Shown: one piece after another, positions 9,103 to 18,168 of the stretch
Position numbering within the stretch: position 1 is the stretch's first letter
How the letters are laid out: each line of letters opens with the position of its first letter
NCBI GenBank assembly: GCA_964372755.1
Contig: CAYJQX010000002.1
Location: forward strand, 10,287-74,286
DNA length: 64,000 nucleotides
From: an uncultured Candidatus Saccharibacteria bacterium
GTDB taxonomy: Bacteria > Patescibacteriota > Minisyncoccia > UBA9983
Reading direction: 5' to 3'
Translations under genes and position numbers: made by a program
The notes under the pieces: generated by a model
Told to the model about the DNA's origin: nothing
What the model saw: only the letters and a program-made list of their open reading frames with translations
The model's database searches: none

Positions 9103-10155
9103 CTATATCAATATCACTGGCTCGCACAGAACATCAACCGGAGCAATGCTTTCCTTCTCAAAAAAATCATAAGCTTTTCTGGAAATAATAAGGTGGTTGT
9201 TGTCAGTTCTGAAAAAATCCAATCCTTCGGGAATATTTTTCTTTATTAGGTAAAGCTGGGAAGTAAGTAAGGGAAATTCTTTCCCAGTGATAGGACATTT
9301 CCTGTCTTTAGTTGTGTAAACACTTGCCTTCCTTAAGGAAAATCTGCCTTTTATCTCTTCTACACCCTTGATTTGCTCTACATCAATGGCCATCCATTTT
9401 GTTAGGTTTTGATCTGTTGGGGGTGTGAATTCACCTATCAAACGTGCGTCTCTTTCTGTATCGCCATGTTTCCTGTTCAAATTGTATAAACTTGACAACA
9501 GTCTTTCTCTTTTTCCTTGTTCCGCCTCATCTTTCGTCAAATAGAACATCGGATGATGTTCATCCAGTTCACAAACTAATTCTTTAGCAATATTTAATAA
9601 GTCTTCTCTTTTTCCTCTGTTGTAATATGAGTATAAATTGTTATCGGAAGAATAAATTCGGATAAACTCCAAACCTGGCAATCCACTATTCATGATTACT
9701 GAAGCTACTGAATGATGTGCATATAAAATACCGTCTAAGTCAAAACCTAATAGCATAAGAATTTTACCGGATTTTTTTCCTACATTAATTTGTGAATTGG
9801 GATCTGTTGTAAAATAAGACGAACAGGCTTCTTTTAAGTCACAGGGATTAAAAATCGCAGTACTATGCAAATATAATATGTAATAAGGGCTATTTTTTAA
9901 ATGAGGATTTCTGTATTCCTTAAATCTATAGTCCAACTGGGAATGATAAAATAATTTATATTGTAAATTATTGTAAGTGTTCTTTTTCTCATCTAAAAAC
10001 CCAATCATTTTAAAAAGTTTGTCAAAAGTGCTCTTTATAAATGAATAATTATAATCTGGTTCACGGGAGAGCAAAGCAGGATTAAACTGCATTAAATCAT
10101 TTAAAATTTTTGACCTGTCAGAGCCGTAAACACCGATATTGATTACATTAAGCAT
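9103..10155 (-). CDS. Hypothetical protein (350 aa) immediately downstream of the nuclease-tipped giant protein. It is a candidate immunity or partner protein.
   Basis: Position only (33-bp gap, same strand). No recognisable motif. Confidence 0.35.
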   Translation of the reverse strand: MLNVINIGVYGSDRSKILNDLMQFNPALLSREPDYNYSFIKSTFDKLFKMIGFLDEKKNTYNNLQYKLFYHSQLDYRFKEYRNPHLKNSPYYILYLHSTAIFNPCDLKEACSSYFTTDPNSQINVGKKSGKILMLLGFDLDGILYAHHSVASVIMNSGLPGLEFIRIYSSDNNLYSYYNRGKREDLLNIAKELVCELDEHHPMFYLTKDEAEQGKRERLLSSLYNLNRKHGDTERDARLIGEFTPPTDQNLTKWMAIDVEQIKGVEEIKGRFSLRKASVYTTKDRKCPITGKEFPLLTSQLYLIKKNIPEGLDFFRTDNNHLIISRKAYDFFEKESIAPVDVLCEPVILI

Positions 10156-10187
10156 ATTTTATTTACTGTTTATTTCCAATACTAAAC

Positions 10188-13100
10188 TCAATTACATGGG
10201 ACAAAATTAGCAAAACCAAATCTTGCCTTGATTGGTCCATCCACTGCATGCGCCCATTGGTGTGCGCCACACGGCAAGGGTAAAATGTTGTCCAGCTCTT
10301 TTTCGAATTCAGGCGCCTTTGATCTAGGTATTAAATGGTGTAAATGCATAGTATCGCCCGTACCTTGAAATTTGGGCGTAACGCCACTCAAATCCATTTT
10401 TAATATATCAGCATCACTAAATAATTCTCTTATTCTCGAATATCCAGCCGCCTTTTTCCAATAATCAGTTCTTAGGCTGTCAAAGTTGTTAAATTGCTTG
10501 CCTTCTCTACTGAATTCTTTAATTATCCATTGGTGCATGTCTTCAATTATTTCAAATTCCGGCTTGGTTAACTGGCCGCCCTTTACAAAATCATTTGAGA
10601 GAGCTATCCGACTAAACCCAAGCTTGGTGGCTGCCGCTTTAATAATGTTTTCTGGTCTAGAAAGCACAAAATTAATATCATCCTGGTTATGGTAAGGTTT
10701 TTGGACTGATTCGTAAAAATCTATTCGATTTTTAGGATTTGATATTATAGATCCTTTAACTCTTTTCCATAACGTGTCTCTGTCTAGATTTTTCTCAATC
10801 TCCTTAATCAACTTATTTTTCCCCAATTTAGAGGCTTGGGAAGAAGCGCCAAGACTATTCAATGCTTTAGTTCCGGCTAAGTTAATAACTATTCCGGAAG
10901 TTTCTAAAGCCAAGTTAGCCCCCAATTTCCCGCAGTAATAAGCCGGCGGTTTATTGTCTAGAAGTGTTTCGTCATCTGAAGCGCAGGCTTGGTAAACTGG
11001 CGCGTTGTTATAAGCGGCTAGGGATATTGTGCCGGCTGCAAATACCCAGCCCACAAAAGGGAAAAATTTAACTGATGTTTTTATGGCAATGGATTTACTT
11101 TTTTTTACTGCTACAAATTCCATTGCCTTTTTTATAACTTCGCCAATGGCTATACCAGACGCGAAGTCAACACCCATGCCAATGTAATCGCGTTCGCGAA
11201 AAACATCTAATACTCCCTCCACCACCTCATCGTGATTTTTTCCTTCAAATGCTTTCAATACAGCGAGAGTTTGGGAAATGTCATCTATTTGAACCACGTC
11301 ACTTCCGAGCGTATTTCGTAATTTTTTTCCGTTTTCAAAATTTTGGAAAACAGCCCCAGAAACAGTTCCCGAAATTTGTGGGTCATCATCGGGAAAGCCC
11401 ATGCCACTTGTCCCACCCAATTCATTGTGTTTTTCGTAAATTTTCCCGAACACAACATAGGCGTCGTCAGGCCACAAAAATCTGTCTATCTTGTATATTG
11501 CGCCGTTTGTAAAACGTTGAGAATCACCATCCGTGCCGGTCAGAGTGTATGTCGCTGTCGGGACCATACTACTAGTTGGGTATCCTAAAAGCGCAGGTGT
11601 ATATTGGTTGGTTATTTTGTCGCTACTGACGTATTTGTCATAAATTTTACCCTCAATAACTTGCGCCACTGTTTGTTGTGGATTATAAACAACTAATTTC
11701 TTCTCTCTGCTATTTTCATAAACATAAGTCCCCCAATACGGAAATATTTTCCGTATTGTTACATTGGTGCCGGATACTTTGCTGGCTATTTGAGCGCTAA
11801 TAAAGTTGTCTCTTTGCCAATAATTGTAATTATCGCTACTACTCTTAAAATAAGCACCGTTGGTGGCAACAATAAAAGAATGGTCGTGTGAGCCAAATTG
11901 ATATGGCCCGCTTTCGTTGTCGTTCATGCATGGCTTGCCGTGTTGAGCTAGATTCCATCCTGGCGCGATATTACCACCAACGATCTGATTGTAAGTGGTA
12001 ATTTTAATACTACAGAGGATATTTTTATCCGAATTATCCTTGTAAATAAATTTACTTGGCCCGTTGTTAAATTCGTAAGCCAATTGCGGTTTACTTACGC
12101 TATTGTTCCATGTGGACAACGTATATTGATTAGTCGTCCACCCGCCATTTTGCTGGGTCTGCTCCCCGATGGCGTAGGTGCCCGTCCACACAGGGTCCAA
12201 AGAGACGTAGAAGATGCCTGTCCAGCTTCCGTTTGTTACAAATTTGTTGGGAGTAACAACGGTGTTGCCAGCTTCCACGTCTGCGCGCATATTTTGTTTG
12301 GTGTTTTCGGAGAGCGCCAAAGTATCAATCAAGCCCGCATTGGCTGAAGTGATTTTGTGGACAGTGTAGTCCTCTGGGTGAGCGTAAGCGTATTGCAGGC
12401 CACGAACGGTGGAAATACCATCCAGCCCGGCAATATCCGTAAATATTTGAGCTTCTTGGTATGAGGCATTTAGGGCGAAAAGCAAGCGATAATCTTTTCG
12501 GTGATCTTTGTAATTACCACGATTGGAATAATCGTTTATCAAAGTCGCGGCGTCTAGGCTCAAACCCTTGAAATCAAATGTGGTGGGCACGCCACCAATA
12601 CTATTTAAAATGCGATTTTGCGTTACCACGGCGCGGGAAAAACTGTTGATCACTTTATGATCTAACGATTTTTCCAGCAAAGAGCCGGAGGTTTCGATAT
12701 TAGTTAAATAAGTTCGCGCCAAACCAACATTTCCCTTGAGCAGTATTTTGGAAGGAGTGTCAGATTGCGTATCAGGTATCGTTTTACCCAAAGAAACAAT
12801 AATGCCCTCGTCGTTGCCGGCAATGGAAAATTTTTCACTAATATATTTTTGCACTTCGCCTTGCTTTAAGGTAAACCGCAAGATCAGGTCTTTACCGACA
12901 GATAAAGGCGAACTTTCCGCCAAAACAGAATTGTCGGCTTCTAAAACCGCCTTGATATCAACCAATGTCGCGGGCGTGTAAGCCAGTCCGCCGAATGATT
13001 CAATAGTAGCTTTGTCGGTATCGCTCGCGCCGACATAAAAAAGGTTTATGTCCTTGTTGTTAATTTCGTTGCTCCAAAGAGCGCGCTGTAAAACAGGCGT

Positions 13101-14804
13101 TTGATCGTCTAGAAGCTCAATGACGACTTGCCTACGCTTATTGTTCGGCAAAGTTGACCAGTTTTCCGGATGGATAGTGGCGGAATTGCCAAAAATATAA
13201 GGCAATTTTGGCGGGAGAATGTCGTAATTTTTTGCGGTGATGGATCGAGTGGATTGATAAGTTGAGTTTCTAATGTCCTTGCCTGTGGTGCCAAACAAAT
13301 CTGTTGCGTACTTATCAATTGGATTTAAAGTGCCGTTGTATTGCAAATAATTATACCAAAAACTCTCTGTATCAAAGTTGACTGTGTCGGAGACAATTTC
13401 TTTTGGCTCGTAGTCGTATGGTTGTAAAATCGGGTCAAAGAAAATCCATTTCTTCTCTGGAAAGGCCGACAGTATATTTTCTAAATCTTGATCAGACTGG
13501 GCGACGGATAAGTTAAGATTATTGGGAACATTCGCGCCACGCTCATCGTATTCGTAGAAAATTTGCGGTATTACCCATTCCAAAACCAAATCGTTGACTT
13601 GGCTGAAGTCAGCATCGTCTAAACTTCCTCCTAAATTTTCTCCGGTAAGAAAAATAGGAATGTCGTTACTGGCTAGCGCGGCATAAACTATTTTGCTGTC
13701 ACTCACTCCCAGCAAATCTTTTAATCGTGTCATGGAAACAAGCGCTAGTTGTTTGTGGTAGCGAGCTGGTATGCCGGCTGAGCGCAGGAGAGCGATAGTT
13801 AAAGAGGATATATCAACGTCGTTGCAAACACGTTCGGCGAGACATCCAACGCTTCCTTTTTTCGCGTCATAGTATGGTTCGTAAGCAATATTGTTGCGGA
13901 TATAGTTGTAAATTTTAACCGGATTATTGTCTAAAGTTTTAGCCAAATCGGCAATGGTATCGTTTATGATAATTTCCCCATTGTCTTGATTTAAATCAGT
14001 CAATTTAGGGTAATCGATTAAGGCGGGAGAGGACGGTATAGGCGGTTGATTTACGGATAGCGGAGTTTTGCCAGAGTTTGAAGAAAAGGCAGGTTGTGTG
14101 GTTGTTTTTGGCGTAAATGTGAAATTATCCAAACTTTGCACGTTTATATCATTTTTTACAAAATCAAAACTGCCGGGATTTACGGGTTTAGCCAAATCGC
14201 TATCGGAATTAGAAGATGGTTCTTCGCTCGGGCTTAACGAGCTTGGGGAAAGGTTTTTATCTTTTAAGGTGGAAGGCTCTTCAGCAACTAGGAGGCTGTA
14301 GTAGCTATTTAAAGTCTCAAAATATAAATTTCTTTTGCTTCCCGATATCCCTAAATCATCTAGTTGTTTATTTTGGGAAACAATAAAAGCGTCCCATTTG
14401 GTCAGAATTCCAGCTTTGATTTTATCTCTGGCCTCCGAACTCAAGATTTCATTGTTGTCATCAAGGCCCAAGCGAAAAGCATTAAATTCTCGAATAAATT
14501 CGCTATAGGACATTGTATTGGACACACTATCGGACATTGGTGAGCTGGTCGTAGCAGGTGCTGTTTCTAGGCTAATTTCCGGTGTAGGTAAAGATTCGGG
14601 ATTTTTGCCATCATCAACAAAAATACCCGTTTGCGCGGGTATTTTAGGATCGTTATCAATAAGCGTGTCAGATTCGGTCGAAATCGAACCGCTAGATTCG
14701 GATTGGGCTAAAACTATAGCTAAGGGGTAAAAACTTGAGAAAACCAAAGACAGAGATAGGTAGAATGCAATAAATCCCTTTGTTTTTCCTCTAAGAATAA
14801 GCAT
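10188..14804 (-). CDS. Giant secreted protein (1538 aa) with a transglutaminase-like cysteine-protease core and a C-terminal HNH/EndoVII-fold nuclease of the LHH type, in a polymorphic-toxin-like architecture
   Basis: Signal peptide/TM at the N-terminus. Transglutaminase-core motif GSVGCLAERVCNDVDISSLTIALLRSAGIPARY. C-terminal MHLHHLIPRS...ELDNILPLPCGAHQWAH follows the HH...N...HxxxH pattern of HNH nucleases. Confidence 0.55.
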   Translation of the reverse strand: MLILRGKTKGFIAFYLSLSLVFSSFYPLAIVLAQSESSGSISTESDTLIDNDPKIPAQTGIFVDDGKNPESLPTPEISLETAPATTSSPMSDSVSNTMSYSEFIREFNAFRLGLDDNNEILSSEARDKIKAGILTKWDAFIVSQNKQLDDLGISGSKRNLYFETLNSYYSLLVAEEPSTLKDKNLSPSSLSPSEEPSSNSDSDLAKPVNPGSFDFVKNDINVQSLDNFTFTPKTTTQPAFSSNSGKTPLSVNQPPIPSSPALIDYPKLTDLNQDNGEIIINDTIADLAKTLDNNPVKIYNYIRNNIAYEPYYDAKKGSVGCLAERVCNDVDISSLTIALLRSAGIPARYHKQLALVSMTRLKDLLGVSDSKIVYAALASNDIPIFLTGENLGGSLDDADFSQVNDLVLEWVIPQIFYEYDERGANVPNNLNLSVAQSDQDLENILSAFPEKKWIFFDPILQPYDYEPKEIVSDTVNFDTESFWYNYLQYNGTLNPIDKYATDLFGTTGKDIRNSTYQSTRSITAKNYDILPPKLPYIFGNSATIHPENWSTLPNNKRRQVVIELLDDQTPVLQRALWSNEINNKDINLFYVGASDTDKATIESFGGLAYTPATLVDIKAVLEADNSVLAESSPLSVGKDLILRFTLKQGEVQKYISEKFSIAGNDEGIIVSLGKTIPDTQSDTPSKILLKGNVGLARTYLTNIETSGSLLEKSLDHKVINSFSRAVVTQNRILNSIGGVPTTFDFKGLSLDAATLINDYSNRGNYKDHRKDYRLLFALNASYQEAQIFTDIAGLDGISTVRGLQYAYAHPEDYTVHKITSANAGLIDTLALSENTKQNMRADVEAGNTVVTPNKFVTNGSWTGIFYVSLDPVWTGTYAIGEQTQQNGGWTTNQYTLSTWNNSVSKPQLAYEFNNGPSKFIYKDNSDKNILCSIKITTYNQIVGGNIAPGWNLAQHGKPCMNDNESGPYQFGSHDHSFIVATNGAYFKSSSDNYNYWQRDNFISAQIASKVSGTNVTIRKIFPYWGTYVYENSREKKLVVYNPQQTVAQVIEGKIYDKYVSSDKITNQYTPALLGYPTSSMVPTATYTLTGTDGDSQRFTNGAIYKIDRFLWPDDAYVVFGKIYEKHNELGGTSGMGFPDDDPQISGTVSGAVFQNFENGKKLRNTLGSDVVQIDDISQTLAVLKAFEGKNHDEVVEGVLDVFRERDYIGMGVDFASGIAIGEVIKKAMEFVAVKKSKSIAIKTSVKFFPFVGWVFAAGTISLAAYNNAPVYQACASDDETLLDNKPPAYYCGKLGANLALETSGIVINLAGTKALNSLGASSQASKLGKNKLIKEIEKNLDRDTLWKRVKGSIISNPKNRIDFYESVQKPYHNQDDINFVLSRPENIIKAAATKLGFSRIALSNDFVKGGQLTKPEFEIIEDMHQWIIKEFSREGKQFNNFDSLRTDYWKKAAGYSRIRELFSDADILKMDLSGVTPKFQGTGDTMHLHHLIPRSKAPEFEKELDNILPLPCGAHQWAHAVDGPIKARFGFANFVPCN

Positions 14805-14933
14805 AAAATAGCCTTGTCTGACTTTGCGCCCATCCTAGCATCAGGGAAAAACTTGTCAATAAGATGATACGGGAAGCTATTACATGATTATTGTGTGGTG
14901 ACACTATCCCGGCCTCTAGCTCTGCGACTGTTT

Positions 14934-15194
14934 TTATTTTTTATAAACATCGTGATCTCCTACTGCCAAAAGAACAACGGTTTGCTTTGAGAGATAGTTA
15001 AAAACTATGCGTGTTTTGTAATTTACAGAGAAACTATATCTACCTTTTAATCTGCCTTTAAGTTTGTGGACTTTGAGTAATTTGTGATTTTTAACTTCTT
15101 TAAATAAACCAATTTTCTCAATAACCTCATCTTGCAAATCTTTTCCCAAAACATTAAGTTGTCTAATAAAACTGGGCTTATACGTAACGTCCAT
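14934..15194 (-). CDS. RelE/ParE-family type II toxin
   Basis: 86 aa. ...LKGRLKGRYSFSVNYKTRIVF...VLLAVGDHDVY is the RelE/ParE signature. Paired with the upstream RHH gene. Confidence 0.7.
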   Translation of the reverse strand: MDVTYKPSFIRQLNVLGKDLQDEVIEKIGLFKEVKNHKLLKVHKLKGRLKGRYSFSVNYKTRIVFNYLSKQTVVLLAVGDHDVYKK

Positions 15195-15205
15195 AGTAGA
15201 AAAAA

Positions 15206-15409
15206 CTAGAATTTCTTCATTAGTTTTTTTAGATCTCCGCGAATATTTGGCTCTTGCTCCGCTTTTATCACTGCCATAACAGCTTCTTCTTCAGCCAGCA
15301 TTTTTAGGGCATGACGAACCACCTGGGCCTTGTTGGAACCATTTTTTTTGGCAAGTCTTTCTACTAATTCTACCAAATCAGAGGTAAGCGGAACAGATAA
15401 TGTGGTCAT
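15206..15409 (-). CDS. Ribbon-helix-helix (CopG/ParD-like) antitoxin
   Basis: 67 aa, with an N-terminal RHH-like segment. 11-bp gap to the RelE-like gene. Confidence 0.65.
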   Translation of the reverse strand: MTTLSVPLTSDLVELVERLAKKNGSNKAQVVRHALKMLAEEEAVMAVIKAEQEPNIRGDLKKLMKKF

Positions 15410-15863
15410 ATGGTAAAATCATATTACATTATCATATAAAAAGTCAAGGCGGACATATTATACAATATCCTTTGTAGCTTTCATGTTTGCTAATACTAGC
15501 ATTTTACAAAAAGAGAAGCAACTGCAATACTTTTGCTTCAATTTAATTTTGATTTGCTTCTTTCTTCCCTAATTCCCCTATTGGTAGCTCTATAAAGGAA
15601 GCACTTTCTTCGTAGAACTGCCCACAGGACAAACGACTCAAAAAACCCTTGTCAAAGAAAAAAAGGCTTGAAAAACTAGAACCATTGTCCTCAAGACAGA
15701 ATTGTGGTTAAATAGTAGCCGGAGAAAGAAACCACTGTGGTTTCTTTTGATCCAATGGCTCTTTAGCAAAACGAAAAGGAAGCGCTAAGCTATGGCAAGA
15801 TCGCCAGAAGAAATCAAGCCACGCCAGTAACGACAAGGCACAAACAGAAAAGGAGAGAAACTC

Positions 15864-16186
15864 ATGAAAATTAAATTGGCAATCGTTGGCGTTGGAAATT
15901 GTGCCAGCTCGTTCATCCAAGGCCTCGAATACTACAAGCACGTTGACGAAACGTGGCCATCTGTATCGGGACGGGACTCATGCACAACAACTTCGGCGGA
16001 TACATCATTCGTGATATCGGCGTGGTTGCCGCCTTTGACGTGAATGGCAACAAAATCGGCAAAGATGTATCCGAAGCGATCTGGACACTGCCGACCAACT
16101 CGCGTAAGTCCGCCGACGTTCTTCACAAGGACGTTGCGGTAAGCGCGGGGTTCCTCGGTGACGGCATCGCTCCGCACATGCGGTGA
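15864..16186 (+). pseudogene. myo-inositol-1-phosphate synthase fragment, frameshifted near codon 30 and truncated at ~107 codons
   Basis: Frame 1 gives MKIKLAIVGVGNCASSFIQGLEYYKHVDET (canonical MIPS N-terminus). The protein continues in another frame as GLMHNNFGGYIIRDIGVVAAFDVNGNKIGKDVSEAIW.... There is an AGGAG Shine-Dalgarno 8 nt upstream. The region is GC-rich relative to the flanks. Confidence 0.6.
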
Positions 16187-16335
16187 ACCTTTTCCTCTCG
16201 CTCCTCCCATCCACTCGCGACACGCGGTCCGTACGAAACTGGCATTCTCTCCGTTAGCCATTTGGCAATCGTTGTTTTACCGGCGTAGCTTACGCCTTCA
16301 AGACAAATCAAAGTATTCACGGCTCACCTCCACTT

Positions 16336-17007
16336 TTAAAGCTTGGTCGAGCAATTGGGGCCCACCGTGTCCGCCTTACCGTCTCGAATGATTACCACCG
16401 GCTCCGTACCGTATTTTGTGAACGTTCCGTCGGTAACATAACCGCCAGCTTTCTCTGGGATAGCTATAACGCGCTTCCGTAGATCGTCGGAGAGTTTCAT
16501 TACGGATTCAAGATCTTCTGCTCTGTAATGACAAAAGATTGAGTAACCATTAATGATTCTCAAACCTACGGCTTCCGTCTCGCCAAGTTGATTTGCCTCC
16601 GGTGCCGTACGAATATCCTCGCCGAGAATGATCGCTCCGGCGCTTCCTCCGTAGAGCGGAATGCCTTTCAGCGCCATCTCACGGAGATAGCCATCAAACC
16701 CGGCCGTGCGTATTTCCCGAAACAGTTTTACCATATCGCCGCCGCCGATATAGACCCCTGCGATCTCGTCAGTCGAACGACGAGGACGCAAGTCGTCCCA
16801 CATTTCAATGGCGACGACGCCAAGCGGCTCCATGACCGAGCGAAACCACTCCAGGCATGCATGGTACGGCTTTGAACGCATGGCGTTCGGGATGTAGACG
16901 AGCGGTTTTGCAAGATCGAGCAGTCTGACAAACTGCTCGTCGAGCGGTCTTGACTCTTCTGCGTTCCCGCCGCCTGCGAGAAAGATGTGGTTGGTTGCTG
17001 TGTTCAT
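16336..17007 (-). CDS. Peptidase S51 family (dipeptidase E/cyanophycinase-like) protein
   Basis: IFLAGGG...VYIGGGDMVKLF...LYGGSAGAIILG motifs. About 50% GC, versus ~36% for the surrounding genome. Confidence 0.5.
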   Translation of the reverse strand: MNTATNHIFLAGGGNAEESRPLDEQFVRLLDLAKPLVYIPNAMRSKPYHACLEWFRSVMEPLGVVAIEMWDDLRPRRSTDEIAGVYIGGGDMVKLFREIRTAGFDGYLREMALKGIPLYGGSAGAIILGEDIRTAPEANQLGETEAVGLRIINGYSIFCHYRAEDLESVMKLSDDLRKRVIAIPEKAGGYVTDGTFTKYGTEPVVIIRDGKADTVGPNCSTKL

Positions 17008-17104
17008 GGGTTTCTTCTTTTGATGTCCCAGAGCCGCATGATGGGGATAGTTCGTTTCCTAACTACTCCGCGCAGGAACTCTTCGTGCAGAAAAGGTGTG
17101 CAGA

Positions 17105-17224
17105 AAAGGTGTCAGGAACCTTTTTTTGGGCTTTCTCGTTTTTTGATTAAAAATTCTTTTTGCTTTTTCCATAAATACTGTACTGATATATATTTACTTA
17201 AAAAATGGTTCCTGACACCTTTAA
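17105..17224. mobile_element. MITE-like element copy B
   Basis: Near-identical to 7727-7847. Its right TIR supplies the stop codon of the CYTH-like ORF. Confidence 0.55.
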
Positions 17225-17526
17225 TTCTCAATAGCATCTAAAAGAGATATTGTTTTATCAAAATCCTCAACTTCAAAGCAAATTTCCTTCTGCCTGTCTA
17301 TACCGTCTTGATCCCAGTCTACCACTTTCAAACTCAGCGTGATTTTATCGCCTTCATTGCGCACTCTAAGGCGTCCTCCTTTTATTTCATGTCCGCCGGG
17401 CAAATTCAAAACAACGCGTTTTTGTAAAAAAGAGGGGCGCAGAAGGACGGCGCCTTTTTCTTTTAACTTGGCGCGTAGTCTGTCTTTGTTTATGTTCAGA
17501 TACTTTGCTTCAAATTCGGTGGGCAT
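17221..17526 (-). CDS. CYTH-like (class IV adenylate cyclase/triphosphatase) domain protein, apparently truncated by the MITE insertion
   Basis: N-terminal EFEAKY motif typical of CYTH. Only 101 aa. The ORF terminates inside the MITE TIR. Confidence 0.4.
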   Translation of the reverse strand: MPTEFEAKYLNINKDRLRAKLKEKGAVLLRPSFLQKRVVLNLPGGHEIKGGRLRVRNEGDKITLSLKVVDWDQDGIDRQKEICFEVEDFDKTISLLDAIEN

Positions 17527-17535
17527 AATAATTTT

Positions 17536-17766
17536 CTAAATCAAGGAAATAAAATCTTCAGGCGCAATATTAATTTCTCGCAAAATCTGGCGAAGCAGAC
17601 CACGTCCAATATCTTCACTTGCATGACTGGGTACCAAGGTTGTACGTCCGTCTTTATGACGAAAGAATATATGAGAGCCTTTTTGTCTTACTTCCACAAA
17701 ACCCAAAAGAGATAAGGCTTTTATAACTTGCCTTGATTTTAACATAGGTAATTTATTGGGAGACAT
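17536..17766 (-). CDS. hicA: HicA-family mRNA interferase toxin
   Basis: LKSRQVIKALSLLGFVEVRQKGSHIFFRHKDGRTTLVPSH is the HicA signature. Confidence 0.75.
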   Translation of the reverse strand: MSPNKLPMLKSRQVIKALSLLGFVEVRQKGSHIFFRHKDGRTTLVPSHASEDIGRGLLRQILREINIAPEDFISLI

Positions 17767-17767
17767 T

Positions 17768-18013
17768 TTACACAGTCATTACCTCCAAACCAACAAAAGA
17801 TGGGTTGTAGGCAAAACTTTTTATTCTTGCTTGATATTTTTTATCAATTAAAGCCACCTCCAGACAAAGACGAATGGCATCTTTAGTTTTTTCAGCCAAC
17901 CCTTGCATAGTTTTAGCTTGGGTGTGACAACCTGGCAAAGCAGGCACGGAAGCAACAAAAAAACCATCCTCGTCCCGTTCTATTATTACTTTGAATTCTT
18001 TTTTAGCTTTCAT
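17768..18013 (-). CDS. hicB: HicB-family antitoxin
   Basis: IERDEDGFFVASVPALPGCHTQAKT is typical HicB (UPF0150). 1-bp gap to hicA. Confidence 0.7.
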   Translation of the reverse strand: MKAKKEFKVIIERDEDGFFVASVPALPGCHTQAKTMQGLAEKTKDAIRLCLEVALIDKKYQARIKSFAYNPSFVGLEVMTV

Positions 18014-18168
18014 ATATATGTTGAAATTATTTTTTTTTCCGGCATTTTTTTTATAAGCTGTACTAAGTCAGAGATGTGCGGGAGAGATAACGCGACTTTA
18101 TAATATCACAATAGTATCGTAATATATATTCATACAAAAAGCTAATTATGAAAAAAGACAGATTAGAT

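Noticed and set aside
15932-16261. Overlapping ORFs (109, 77, 72 and 65 aa) in the GC-rich stretch
   Set aside because: These are antisense or alternate-frame artefacts of the frameshifted MIPS fragment. GC-rich DNA gives long spurious ORFs. Only the ~24 N-terminal codons of the minus-strand 16320 ORF look genuine (a Walker A fragment).
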